From NCBI RefSeq assembly GCF_000698785.1, contig NZ_CP007536.1:450001-482000 (forward strand): a stretch of DNA of 32,000 bases, written 5' to 3'. Source of the stretch: Nitrososphaera viennensis EN76 (GTDB lineage: Archaea; Thermoproteota; Nitrososphaeria; Nitrososphaerales; Nitrososphaeraceae). Positions 22,821 to 30,375 of this stretch are shown piece by piece; the first letter of the stretch is position 1; every line of letters begins with the position of its first letter. Position numbers and translations under genes: made by a program. Below the pieces are notes generated by a model that was given only the letters and a program-made list of their open reading frames with translations, made no database searches and was not told the DNA's origin.

Positions 22821-23699
22821 CTAAGCCCGGTAGTGGTGCGACGACGGTATCTTTTTCCAGTTGGCTATGAGGGCTTCGTTGCGTATGTGTATGGGCTCGC
22901 TTTCTATCCGCGAGCGCGCAAGCTCGACGTACTCTTTTACCATGTCAATCCCGATGTAGCGCCTGCCAAAGTGGTGCGCCACCTTGGTCGTCTGGCCGCT
23001 CCCGTTGAACGGGTCGAGTACGACGTCGCCCTTGTACGAGTAGACCTTCATGAGGCGGTACGGTATCTCTTCAGGGTACGGGCACGGGTGGTCGATGTAT
23101 CCCGGCGGGACCGGGGCTATGTGCCACACCGAGTTTGCGATCTCTTTGGTCCATTCCTCGTGCGTTGCAGGGAGCGCCTCTTTGCGCTGCCTCCCGCTGT
23201 TGACGTCGCCCTTTCTCAGAACGAGTATGAACTCGTGCATGACGTTTGCGCGGTAGTACTTCGGGTACGGGTTGAGGACGAACGAGCCGTAGCGGTTTGT
23301 GCCGCCCGTGACCTTGTGCCAGATTATCTCCTCGTGCAGCTGCCACTTGCCAAAAGGCTGGACCAGCCTTGAAAGGAGCATGTGCGGCAGCGGGAGTATC
23401 GTGCCGTTTACGACCTCGTTTGCAATCACTATGCAGCAGTAGCCGCCGTCCTTTGTGACGCGGTAGACCCTGTCACCAAAGATGTTGGCCATTTCGTTCA
23501 GGTAGTCGCTTGTCTCGACGCCGGCGTTTCCACGGTAGTAACCTCCGCTCCCGGACGCGTGCATCTCGTAGTTGATGGCGTTTCTGTAAGGAGGCGACGT
23601 TATCGTCAGCTGGACCGAATTCTCAGGAAGCCTGTCCAAAACGTCCTTGCAGTTTCCGAGAAGTATCTGGTTTGTCAGTTGTTCTTCCTGAGCGAGCAT
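22821..23699 (-). CDS. Beta-class N4/N6 DNA methyltransferase (PF01555-like), with an SPPY catalytic motif
   Basis: Motif IV (TITSPPYRNAINYE) is near the N-terminus and motif I (LDPFNGSGQTTKVA) is near the C-terminus, which is the beta-class order. The start is ATG. Confidence 0.9.
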   Translation of the reverse strand: MLAQEEQLTNQILLGNCKDVLDRLPENSVQLTITSPPYRNAINYEMHASGSGGYYRGNAGVETSDYLNEMANIFGDRVYRVTKDGGYCCIVIANEVVNGTILPLPHMLLSRLVQPFGKWQLHEEIIWHKVTGGTNRYGSFVLNPYPKYYRANVMHEFILVLRKGDVNSGRQRKEALPATHEEWTKEIANSVWHIAPVPPGYIDHPCPYPEEIPYRLMKVYSYKGDVVLDPFNGSGQTTKVAHHFGRRYIGIDMVKEYVELARSRIESEPIHIRNEALIANWKKIPSSHHYRA

Positions 23700-23821
23700 T
23701 TAGCGAGCAACAACGCTTGCCTAGTTCGTCCATATCCCGCATGCTTTACAGTAATAGACCCGCAACTAAAAACGCGCTATAGCTCCAGCTAACTTTTTGA
23801 GCTTGGCGCGGACGCGCACAT

Positions 23822-23833
23822 TGTTCCGGAACA
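23822..23833. repeat. Perfect 12-bp palindrome TGTTCCGGAACA upstream of the 87-aa gene's TATA box
   Basis: The palindrome was read directly from the sequence. It is centred ~50 nt upstream of the predicted TSS and is followed by GAATTC. Confidence 0.6.
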
Positions 23834-23843
23834 GGAATTCACA

Positions 23844-23854
23844 TTTGATATAAG
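23844..23854 (+). promoter_or_regulatory. TATA box (TTTGATATAAG) for the 87-aa gene
   Basis: It lies 26-36 nt upstream of ATG 23880. Confidence 0.4.
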
Positions 23855-23879
23855 CGACGGAGAACGCGCTAACAACAGG

Positions 23880-24143
23880 ATGGATACATCCAAAGGGGTA
23901 TTCATAAACGAGACAAACAGGGAACTGTCAGACCACATCAGAAAGGCGCTTGCAAAAGACGGCGTCAAGGAAAAAGACATTCACGATTACGATCCGGCCA
24001 AGATCCAAAAAGACTCGCTCGTCGCAATATTGCATGAAAAGACCGTCAGCAGCACCAAAGTGAGCCTGCTCCGGGTATCAGAAGTGGCAGAAGACGGCAG
24101 GCCAAACCTTGTTCCTGAGAAGGTAATAGAGGGGAAGATATAG
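23880..24143 (+). CDS. Hypothetical 87-aa soluble protein
   Basis: It starts at ATG, has a plausible promoter and a Lys/Glu-rich composition, and carries no motif I recognise. It is divergent from the methyltransferase gene. Confidence 0.45.
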   Translation: MDTSKGVFINETNRELSDHIRKALAKDGVKEKDIHDYDPAKIQKDSLVAILHEKTVSSTKVSLLRVSEVAEDGRPNLVPEKVIEGKI

Positions 24144-24166
24144 CAGAGCAGGCTAGCTGGTTCTTG

Positions 24167-25270
24167 CTACTTTTCGACGATGTACTCGTCCACTTCCATG
24201 CCAAAGTGCCTGCCGCTTGCAGGCTTGGCGTAGCCCATGACCTCGTCTCCGGGCTTGACCTCGGTCACAGAGAGCAGTTTTCCGTCCGGCTTCATCAGGC
24301 GTATCGTCTCGGCATTCTGCAGTATGACCGTTCCCGTCTCGCCCTCGATCTCTGCGCGCAAGAGGCGCAGAGGGCGCGTCTCTATCTTTGACCTGCCGAC
24401 CGTTGCGCGCCTTGACTGGCCTTCCCTGTTGACTATCCACACCTCTGCCCCGGACTCTAGCTCCGAGAGGTAGCGGGTGTTGCCGTCAGGCGTTATCGTG
24501 TAGCAATAGACGGCGCCGGCGTTTACGCGAAACGGCCTTGGCGAGGTAAACGAAGAGCCGACCGACTCGTTGTGAACAAGCAGCATAAAGTTGGACCTGC
24601 TTCCGATGAGCATCCCCTCGCCCATCCCCATCATCGAGGCCGTGTCGACGCAGACGCGCTCGCCAGTGCCCACGTCCTTTACCTCGGTGATCCTGGCGAC
24701 CTTTATCGGGAACCGGACGGTCGAGAGCTGCTGGCCTGCCTTTTCCACTTCATCCTCGCTGTCAGTCGAGAGTATGACCCCGTCGACCCCTAGCTCCAGC
24801 ACAGAGAACATGGTCTTGACCTCCTTTGACGATGACGCGGTGGTATAGACCTTGGTTCTGGACTTGTGCAGCTTCGCAATAATGTTCTCAAGCGGGATTA
24901 TCTTCCAGTCGTTTGCGTCCACGACGACAAACGAGGCTCCGGCCTGCGACGCGCGCTCGATCTCGTCGACGTCGGCGTTGCTCAGCACCTTCTTGTAGTA
25001 GCCAAAGGTCTTGCCTGCGGTCTTGGCCGCCTTCATCTCGTCAAAAGTCCTGCATATTACGAGGTCGGCGTCGTTTGACTCGAATATCGTCTTGAAGTTC
25101 TTGCCGGCCACAATCTTTGGGTCGGCGTTTAGCATGCTGACGTTCTTTAGCTTTGACAAAAATTTCTCAAGCCCGGCCTTTGCGACCGTCGGCCTTACGA
25201 TAAGCTCTTTGCTCTTTGCTGCCGCCTCAACCAAGTTGCTTTGCAGCCTCTTTGGCGCTCTTGCCCTCAA
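24167..25270 (-). CDS. aroB': 3-dehydroquinate synthase II (archaeal type)
   Basis: Its length and blocks (FVVVDANDWKIIPLENIIA, VLELGVDGVIL, RPFRVNAGAVYCY) fit the DHQS-II family, and it is adjacent to ADH synthase. The start is ambiguous: TTG 25270 (44-bp overlap) or TTG 25234 (8-bp overlap). Confidence 0.85.
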   Translation of the reverse strand: MRARAPKRLQSNLVEAAAKSKELIVRPTVAKAGLEKFLSKLKNVSMLNADPKIVAGKNFKTIFESNDADLVICRTFDEMKAAKTAGKTFGYYKKVLSNADVDEIERASQAGASFVVVDANDWKIIPLENIIAKLHKSRTKVYTTASSSKEVKTMFSVLELGVDGVILSTDSEDEVEKAGQQLSTVRFPIKVARITEVKDVGTGERVCVDTASMMGMGEGMLIGSRSNFMLLVHNESVGSSFTSPRPFRVNAGAVYCYTITPDGNTRYLSELESGAEVWIVNREGQSRRATVGRSKIETRPLRLLRAEIEGETGTVILQNAETIRLMKPDGKLLSVTEVKPGDEVMGYAKPASGRHFGMEVDEYIVEK

Positions 25271-26009
25271 ATATCACCTTGTGCAGGGCGCGTACCATCG
25301 CAGGCGGGTTCTTGTGCTGGAAGATGTTCCTGCCAAAGGTCACTCCCTTTGCCCCAGCCTTCATTGCGCCGGCGCACATCTCTAGTATCTCCAGGTCTGT
25401 AGTCGCCTTTGGCCCGCCGGCTATTACAAGCGGCACGGGGACGCTTTTTACAACTTTTTTGAACGAATCGACGTCGCCAGTGTAAACGGCCTTGACAATG
25501 TCGGCGCCTGCCTCTGCCCCGACCCTTGCGGCGTGTGCCACGATCTCGGGGTCGTGGGGGTTCTTTATCCCCTCGCCGCGGGGGTACATCATTGCCACGA
25601 GGGGGACGCTCCACTCGTCGCACTTGTCGGCGATCATGCCGAGTTTCTGGAGCATCTCTGGCTCCTCCTTGGCGCCGATGTTGATGTGGAGCGAGACTGC
25701 GTCGGCTCCAAGCCTCAACGCCTCTTCGACGCTTCCCATGAGCACCTTGCGGTTTGGCGCCGGGCCAAGCGATGTGCTTCCAGAGAAATGAACTATGAGG
25801 CCTATGCTTGTCGGCCTTGGCATCGTCTTGACGATGCCCTTGTTGACAAGAACGCAGGTGAGACCGGCGTTTTCGCACTGGTAAATCATGCCGTGGGCGT
25901 CCTCAAGGCCCCTTATTGGCCCGTTGCTTATCCCGTGGTCCATCGGGATGCACAGCATCTTGCCGTCCTTTAGAATTCTGCCGAGCCTTACGTCCCTGCC
26001 AAACACCAT
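25227..26009 (-). CDS. aroA': 2-amino-3,7-dideoxy-D-threo-hept-6-ulosonate (ADH) synthase / DhnA-type class I aldolase
   Basis: It has class I aldolase blocks (IPMDHGISNGP, AVSLHINIG, VAMMYPRG, VIAGGPK, GVTFGRNIFQH). Its position directly upstream of DHQS-II supports the AroA' call. Confidence 0.8.
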   Translation of the reverse strand: MVFGRDVRLGRILKDGKMLCIPMDHGISNGPIRGLEDAHGMIYQCENAGLTCVLVNKGIVKTMPRPTSIGLIVHFSGSTSLGPAPNRKVLMGSVEEALRLGADAVSLHINIGAKEEPEMLQKLGMIADKCDEWSVPLVAMMYPRGEGIKNPHDPEIVAHAARVGAEAGADIVKAVYTGDVDSFKKVVKSVPVPLVIAGGPKATTDLEILEMCAGAMKAGAKGVTFGRNIFQHKNPPAMVRALHKVIFEGKSAKEAAKQLG

Positions 26010-26042
26010 ATCTCTAGTTAGGGATTGAATCTTTTGGTCCTA

Positions 26043-26051
26043 CTTATAAAA
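26043..26051 (-). promoter_or_regulatory. TATA box (TTTTATAAG on the minus strand) for the aroA'-aroB' unit
   Basis: It lies 34-42 nt upstream of ATG 26009. Confidence 0.4.
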
Positions 26052-26144
26052 CATCTTTTTGCATTGGGCAGTGCCTCAAGATCCCGGAGGCTGCCAGGGA
26101 TGATTATTACGAACCAGGCACCATAAATCGTTTATAGTCGAAGT

Positions 26145-26777
26145 TTGTCTTTTATCGGAGGGTGGCGAGTCCGGGTGCGAGATCTGCGGGAAAGAAAGAA
26201 CAATTCTAACGATAATGATGCTGACGATGCAGCGGTGGCCGCAGCTGCTGCGGGGCTGAACCCTTATTTTCATTTTGATTCACAATCCAAGCAGATCAAA
26301 GATGCAGTTTTCAACTGCAGGGGGATAATAATCAACGAAAGGTTCTGGAACCGGATCCGCGACGAGCTGATGGACCTGACAAAGGAGGCCGGCCCCGTCA
26401 TACTGTACCAGCTTGGGCTGAGTTACGGGCTTGAAGTCGGCATCCAGGGAAAAGAGGCCGTAAAGGACTCTGTGGCCGCAATCAATTTTCTAGAGTATTA
26501 CGGCCTGCTTGCCGGCTGGGGGCGTTTTGAGACATCCAAGTTACGGTTGACTCAGGGACAGTTAAGCGGGCCTGCCGTCGTAAAGGTGTTTGACAATTTC
26601 TTTGCATATTCTCCCCAGAATAATTCAGGAAACCCCGGCTGCTTTTTTGTTTCGGGTCTGCTGGCAGGAATCAGCGACGGATTGTTCGGCGGCCACCACA
26701 ACTGCCTCGAGGAGCAATGCATTTCTGCAGGCTCGAAATGCTGCCAGTTTGTGGTTGCAAGAACATCCTTGTACTAG
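26145..26777 (+). CDS. V4R (4-vinyl reductase-like) domain protein; the start is uncertain
   Basis: The C-terminal CFFVSGLLAGISDGLFG...CLEEQCISAGSKCCQFVV matches the V4R Cys/Gly pattern. The N-terminus is Asn/Asp/Ala-rich. A TATA-like GTTTATAG at 26128-26135 is too close to TTG 26145, so GTG 26175 is an alternative start. Confidence 0.7.
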   Translation: MSFIGGWRVRVRDLRERKNNSNDNDADDAAVAAAAAGLNPYFHFDSQSKQIKDAVFNCRGIIINERFWNRIRDELMDLTKEAGPVILYQLGLSYGLEVGIQGKEAVKDSVAAINFLEYYGLLAGWGRFETSKLRLTQGQLSGPAVVKVFDNFFAYSPQNNSGNPGCFFVSGLLAGISDGLFGGHHNCLEEQCISAGSKCCQFVVARTSLY

Positions 26778-26815
26778 CAGAGTGCATATGACGACTTTGT
26801 CTGAAATGGGCAGGT

Positions 26816-26825
26816 TTTTTAGAAT
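26816..26825 (+). promoter_or_regulatory. TATA box (TTTTTAGAAT) for the 107-aa gene
   Basis: It lies 19-28 nt upstream of ATG 26844. Confidence 0.4.
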
Positions 26826-26843
26826 GAATGATGTCAAGACCAC

Positions 26844-27167
26844 ATGAGCTACGAGCCGGACGACGGTGGTGGCGGCATGTTTGCCAAGACATCTGGCAAG
26901 AGGCTTGCCATCCTGTTCGGATTGGTGTTCTTTGGCGCGTTCATGCTCATACAGGTGGTGCAGGGCTTTCCACTCCGCGACATCCTGATAAGGGAAACAA
27001 TCACCGAAGAGAGGACGATTGCCATAAAGCAAGGCAACTTGTGTGTCATTGACACACCGGATCACCCGCGCAATATTGACAATTGCCCGTACAAAGTTGG
27101 TGACCGCGTCATCATTACCTACACCAAGAACAACGCGGCAATAGAGTCGCACAGGCTGGCGAGCTAG
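26844..27167 (+). CDS. Hypothetical small membrane-anchored protein (107 aa)
   Basis: An N-terminal Gly-rich segment is followed by a TM helix (RLAILFGLVFFGAFMLIQVV) and a ~65-aa extracytoplasmic domain. The start is ATG. Confidence 0.5.
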   Translation: MSYEPDDGGGGMFAKTSGKRLAILFGLVFFGAFMLIQVVQGFPLRDILIRETITEERTIAIKQGNLCVIDTPDHPRNIDNCPYKVGDRVIITYTKNNAAIESHRLAS

Positions 27168-27178
27168 CTAACTAGCTC
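27161..27178. repeat. Inverted repeat GAGCTAG-CTAA-CTAGCTC spanning the convergent stop codons
   Basis: It has 7-bp arms and contains the shared CTAG stop of the 107-aa gene and nfo. Confidence 0.55.
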
Positions 27179-28027
27179 GCAGAACGCCTTTAGGTTCTTG
27201 GCGTCGTCCCTCTTTTCGTCAATCGGGGTCTCCATTATTATCGGCAGCGACGCAATCGCCTTGTGGCATAGAAAAGCCGCGATGCCTTCCCTGCCGATGC
27301 TGCCAAGTCCAATGTGCTCGTGCCTGTCAAGGTTTGAGCCAAGGGGGCCTTTAGAGTCGTTCAGGTGCACCACCTTTAGTTCCTTGAGGCCGATGGTCTT
27401 ATCAAACGCGCCCAGCGTCTTTTCGACGTCTTTTGCGGTCCGCAGGTCATAGCCTGACGCAAACGCGTGGCATGTGTCGAGGCAGACTCCAACCCCGCTG
27501 CTGTCCAGCCTGTCGAGGATGGCGCGCAGCTCCTCAAACGTCGCGCCGATGCTGTTTTTCTGGCCCGCATTGTTCTCCAAAAGCACGGTCACGCCCTCGC
27601 CCTTTTTCTTGGCCCTGTCGCGGGCAGTCGTGATGGCGTTTACAAGCTGGCTCATGCCGGCTTCTGAACCCTTGCCGAGGTGGCTTCCAAGGTGTATGAC
27701 AAGGTACGGGATGCCAAGCTCGCCTGCGCGCTGGATCTCGCCGGCAAGCGTGTCTACGGATTTTGCGTACATCTCGCCGGCAGGCCCTGACAGGTTGGGC
27801 AGGTACGGCATGTGCACCACGGTCGAGGTCCTGTCGATGCCGCTTGCAGCCATCTTGTCCTTGAATGCCGCCACGTCGCCGGGCGCCAAGGGCTTTGCTG
27901 CCCATCCCCGCGGGTTCCGGCTGAATATCTGAAACGCGCTGCAGCCGATGCCCTTGGCATTGTCCACGGAATTTGATATTCCTCCCGCAATGGAAACGTG
28001 AAAGCCCACCTTGTAGCCGGCATTCAT
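27164..28027 (-). CDS. nfo: Endonuclease IV (AP endonuclease)
   Basis: It has GFHVSIAGG, VVHMPYLPN, LVIHLGSH, VLLENNAGQ, CLDTCHAFASGYD, VHLNDSK and DRHEHIGLG, which are the Nfo metal-ligand blocks. Confidence 0.95.
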   Translation of the reverse strand: MNAGYKVGFHVSIAGGISNSVDNAKGIGCSAFQIFSRNPRGWAAKPLAPGDVAAFKDKMAASGIDRTSTVVHMPYLPNLSGPAGEMYAKSVDTLAGEIQRAGELGIPYLVIHLGSHLGKGSEAGMSQLVNAITTARDRAKKKGEGVTVLLENNAGQKNSIGATFEELRAILDRLDSSGVGVCLDTCHAFASGYDLRTAKDVEKTLGAFDKTIGLKELKVVHLNDSKGPLGSNLDRHEHIGLGSIGREGIAAFLCHKAIASLPIIMETPIDEKRDDAKNLKAFCELVS

Positions 28028-28124
28028 GTATATGTCCGCTAGTCAGGTGCGCCGGCTAGTAAAGTTATTGCGATGTCGTTTTATTGCAGTTCCGCAAACA
28101 GCTACCCAGTAGTTGTCCATCAAG

Positions 28125-29132
28125 ATGGGCACTGGCGACCTTGCCAAGTACCCCTTTCTCAACGAGGCAGGGGAATACCTGCGCCAGTCTGGGTTTGGCT
28201 GGGACGAGCTTGACAGGCCCGACACAAAGGACATAATCGAGCGCGCCGCAGAGCGTGTCAGGACGGCCGCGGCAGGAAACGTCTATGAAAAGCTGGACCG
28301 TTACGAGACAGAGATCCTGACCTTTATCGTCACGCTGATAATGGTAAAGTCAATCGGGCTGGAGCCCGTATTAAGAAAGTACGCCCTTGCAGAGGCGAGG
28401 CGGGCAGAAAAGTTCCTCACCGAGGACCTGAAGAGGCAGAGCGACGCGCAAAGGCGCGCGCTATTTTCCAAGATATTTGAGGACCTTTTTGGGTTAAAGA
28501 TAGACGTGACTGAGGACGGCAGGCTCTTCAAGGTAAGGGTCACGGACTACTTGATGCGCTCGTCGCACTTCCACGAGCAGGAATGGAAGATGATAAACAG
28601 GCTCGTGCAGGGCGGCCAGGTGTTCCTCGACGCCGACGAGACTGTCAGGCTGGTGCGAAACGAGCTGTCAGTCCTCATAACAGGCAGGGTGAAGGCCATG
28701 AACCTGCCGACGCTCCCTCAGTCGATAAGGCAGAAAGTGGAGGAGTTGAGGACGGAACTTGCCCCGCGCTACGAGTACCGGACCTATGCGGTGACTGACT
28801 ACCCGCCCTGCGTCAAGCACGCCCTCGAGGTCATGGGCAAGGGCGAGAACCTGCCGCACTCTGCACGGCTCATGCTTGCTACCTACATGCTTGCGATAGG
28901 CAAGCCGATAGACGAGATAGTAGAGATGTTCAAAAACGCGCCGGATTTCAACGAGCGCATAACCCGCTACCAGGTGGAGCACCTTGCGGGGTCGAAGGGC
29001 AGCAGGACAAAGTATTCGGTGCCGTCATGCGAAAAGTTGCGCACTGAAAACCTCTGCTTTGCGACGGCTGATTGCAACGGCATAATCAACCCTGTGCAGT
29101 TTGGCAGGAAAAGAAGAGGAGGAAATAAATGA
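28125..29132 (+). CDS. priL: DNA primase large subunit
   Basis: Its C-terminal Fe-S cysteine set (YPPCVKHAL, VPSCEKLRTENLCFATADCNG) and helical N-terminal domain fit PriL. I chose ATG 28125; TTG 28113 is also possible. Confidence 0.85.
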   Translation: MGTGDLAKYPFLNEAGEYLRQSGFGWDELDRPDTKDIIERAAERVRTAAAGNVYEKLDRYETEILTFIVTLIMVKSIGLEPVLRKYALAEARRAEKFLTEDLKRQSDAQRRALFSKIFEDLFGLKIDVTEDGRLFKVRVTDYLMRSSHFHEQEWKMINRLVQGGQVFLDADETVRLVRNELSVLITGRVKAMNLPTLPQSIRQKVEELRTELAPRYEYRTYAVTDYPPCVKHALEVMGKGENLPHSARLMLATYMLAIGKPIDEIVEMFKNAPDFNERITRYQVEHLAGSKGSRTKYSVPSCEKLRTENLCFATADCNGIINPVQFGRKRRGGNK

Positions 29133-29136
29133 CGAT

Positions 29137-30336
29137 ATGAGCAAGGGCGCACCAACAACAACAGCAACAACTGCAAACGACGCAGTAAGGGCCGCTTTTC
29201 GGGAATACTATTTCAAGCAAGCCAAGATGATCGAGCCGCCCGGAGATGTCGAAAAGCGCGAGTTTGGCTACATGCAGTTTGGGGGCCACGGCATGGTGCG
29301 CCACCTTTCGTTCAAAAGCACGGGCGAGCTGGTGGCCACGCTCATCACCCAGGTCCCGTCGGACGTCTATTGCTCAAACGCGCTTTACCGCTTTCCCACG
29401 CTTGCGATGCAGGAAAAGCAGTGGCTTGGGGCCGACCTGATATTTGACATCGACGGCAAGGACCTGCACCTGCCCTGCGTGCCGTCGCACTCGTACCCCG
29501 TCTGCGCAAACTGCGGCCACGTCTCACCTCCTCCTTCATCGGATGACAAAGAATACGCGTGCAGCGTGTGCGGAGGCAAAAAAGCAGAGCACATCGTCAT
29601 CCCGTGCGCCAAGTGCATCGAGGGGTCTAAAAAAGAGGCAAGGCGCCTCTACGAGTTTCTGACTGGCGACCTTGGCATCGACAGGCAGAACGTCCATACT
29701 TATTTTTCAGGCAACAACGGCTTTCACTTTCATGTGCAGGACGACGCGTACAGGCCGCTTGACTCGCAGGCGCGTTCGGACCTTGTGGGGTACCTTGCAG
29801 GCATCGGCCTCCTCGCAGAAAGCGTCGGCGTGCGCAGGTCGCCGGGAGGCGACAACAACCTTGCATTTGTCAAGTTCCCAAGGAGCGGCCTCGGCTCCGG
29901 TTGGCGCAAAAAGGTTGCCGACAAGCTAAAGATAGACACCACCTCGACCCTGCGGCTGACAAACATCGTCAGGGAAAAAGGCGGATACGCCGGCTTTAAG
30001 GCAGAACTTGACGCAATGACTCGCGAAATGGGAGTGAGGATAGACCCGCAGGTCACGACTGACGTCCACCGCGTTTTTCGCATGCCCGGCACGCTCAACA
30101 GCAAGAGCGGTCTTGCAAAGGTCAGGGTCAGCGACATAGAATCGTTTGACCCGTTTACCGACGCCTGCCTGCTTGGCGACGCAAAAGTAAAGGTGAGGCT
30201 AAAGGCGCACGCCAAGGTCCGGCTAAAGGGCGAAAACTACAACATCTCCAAGGAAACGGCCGAGCTTCCAGCGTACGCGGCCGTGTATTTCATCTGCAAG
30301 GGCCTTGCAGAGGCAGCAGCAACAACGGCAACCTGA
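29137..30336 (+). CDS. priS: DNA primase small (catalytic) subunit
   Basis: It has the catalytic DLIFDIDGKD, zinc-binding CANCGH...CSVCGG, NNGFHFHV and RVFRMPGTLNSKSG. ATG 29137 lies 5 nt after the priL stop and is preceded by GAGGAGG. Confidence 0.9.
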   Translation: MSKGAPTTTATTANDAVRAAFREYYFKQAKMIEPPGDVEKREFGYMQFGGHGMVRHLSFKSTGELVATLITQVPSDVYCSNALYRFPTLAMQEKQWLGADLIFDIDGKDLHLPCVPSHSYPVCANCGHVSPPPSSDDKEYACSVCGGKKAEHIVIPCAKCIEGSKKEARRLYEFLTGDLGIDRQNVHTYFSGNNGFHFHVQDDAYRPLDSQARSDLVGYLAGIGLLAESVGVRRSPGGDNNLAFVKFPRSGLGSGWRKKVADKLKIDTTSTLRLTNIVREKGGYAGFKAELDAMTREMGVRIDPQVTTDVHRVFRMPGTLNSKSGLAKVRVSDIESFDPFTDACLLGDAKVKVRLKAHAKVRLKGENYNISKETAELPAYAAVYFICKGLAEAAATTAT

Positions 30337-30375
30337 CAACACATTATAAGACCCGGGCGCGTACTTCACAATTGC

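Noticed and set aside
22476-23699. A type II restriction-modification pair formed by the methyltransferase and the convergent 113-aa ORF.
   Set aside because: At 113 aa the ORF is shorter than any restriction endonuclease I know of. It has no His or Asn between its CxxC pairs, so it is not an HNH nuclease. It offers only a very loose D...EDK string, which is insufficient evidence for a nuclease.
29162-30326. A direct 10-nt repeat CAGCAACAAC near both ends of priS (29162-29171 and 30317-30326), which might suggest mobile-element-like flanks.
   Set aside because: Both copies lie inside the coding sequence in Thr/Ala-rich low-complexity tails (TTTATTAN and AAATTAT) built from CAA/CAG/ACA triplets. 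Low-complexity coincidence is the simpler explanation.
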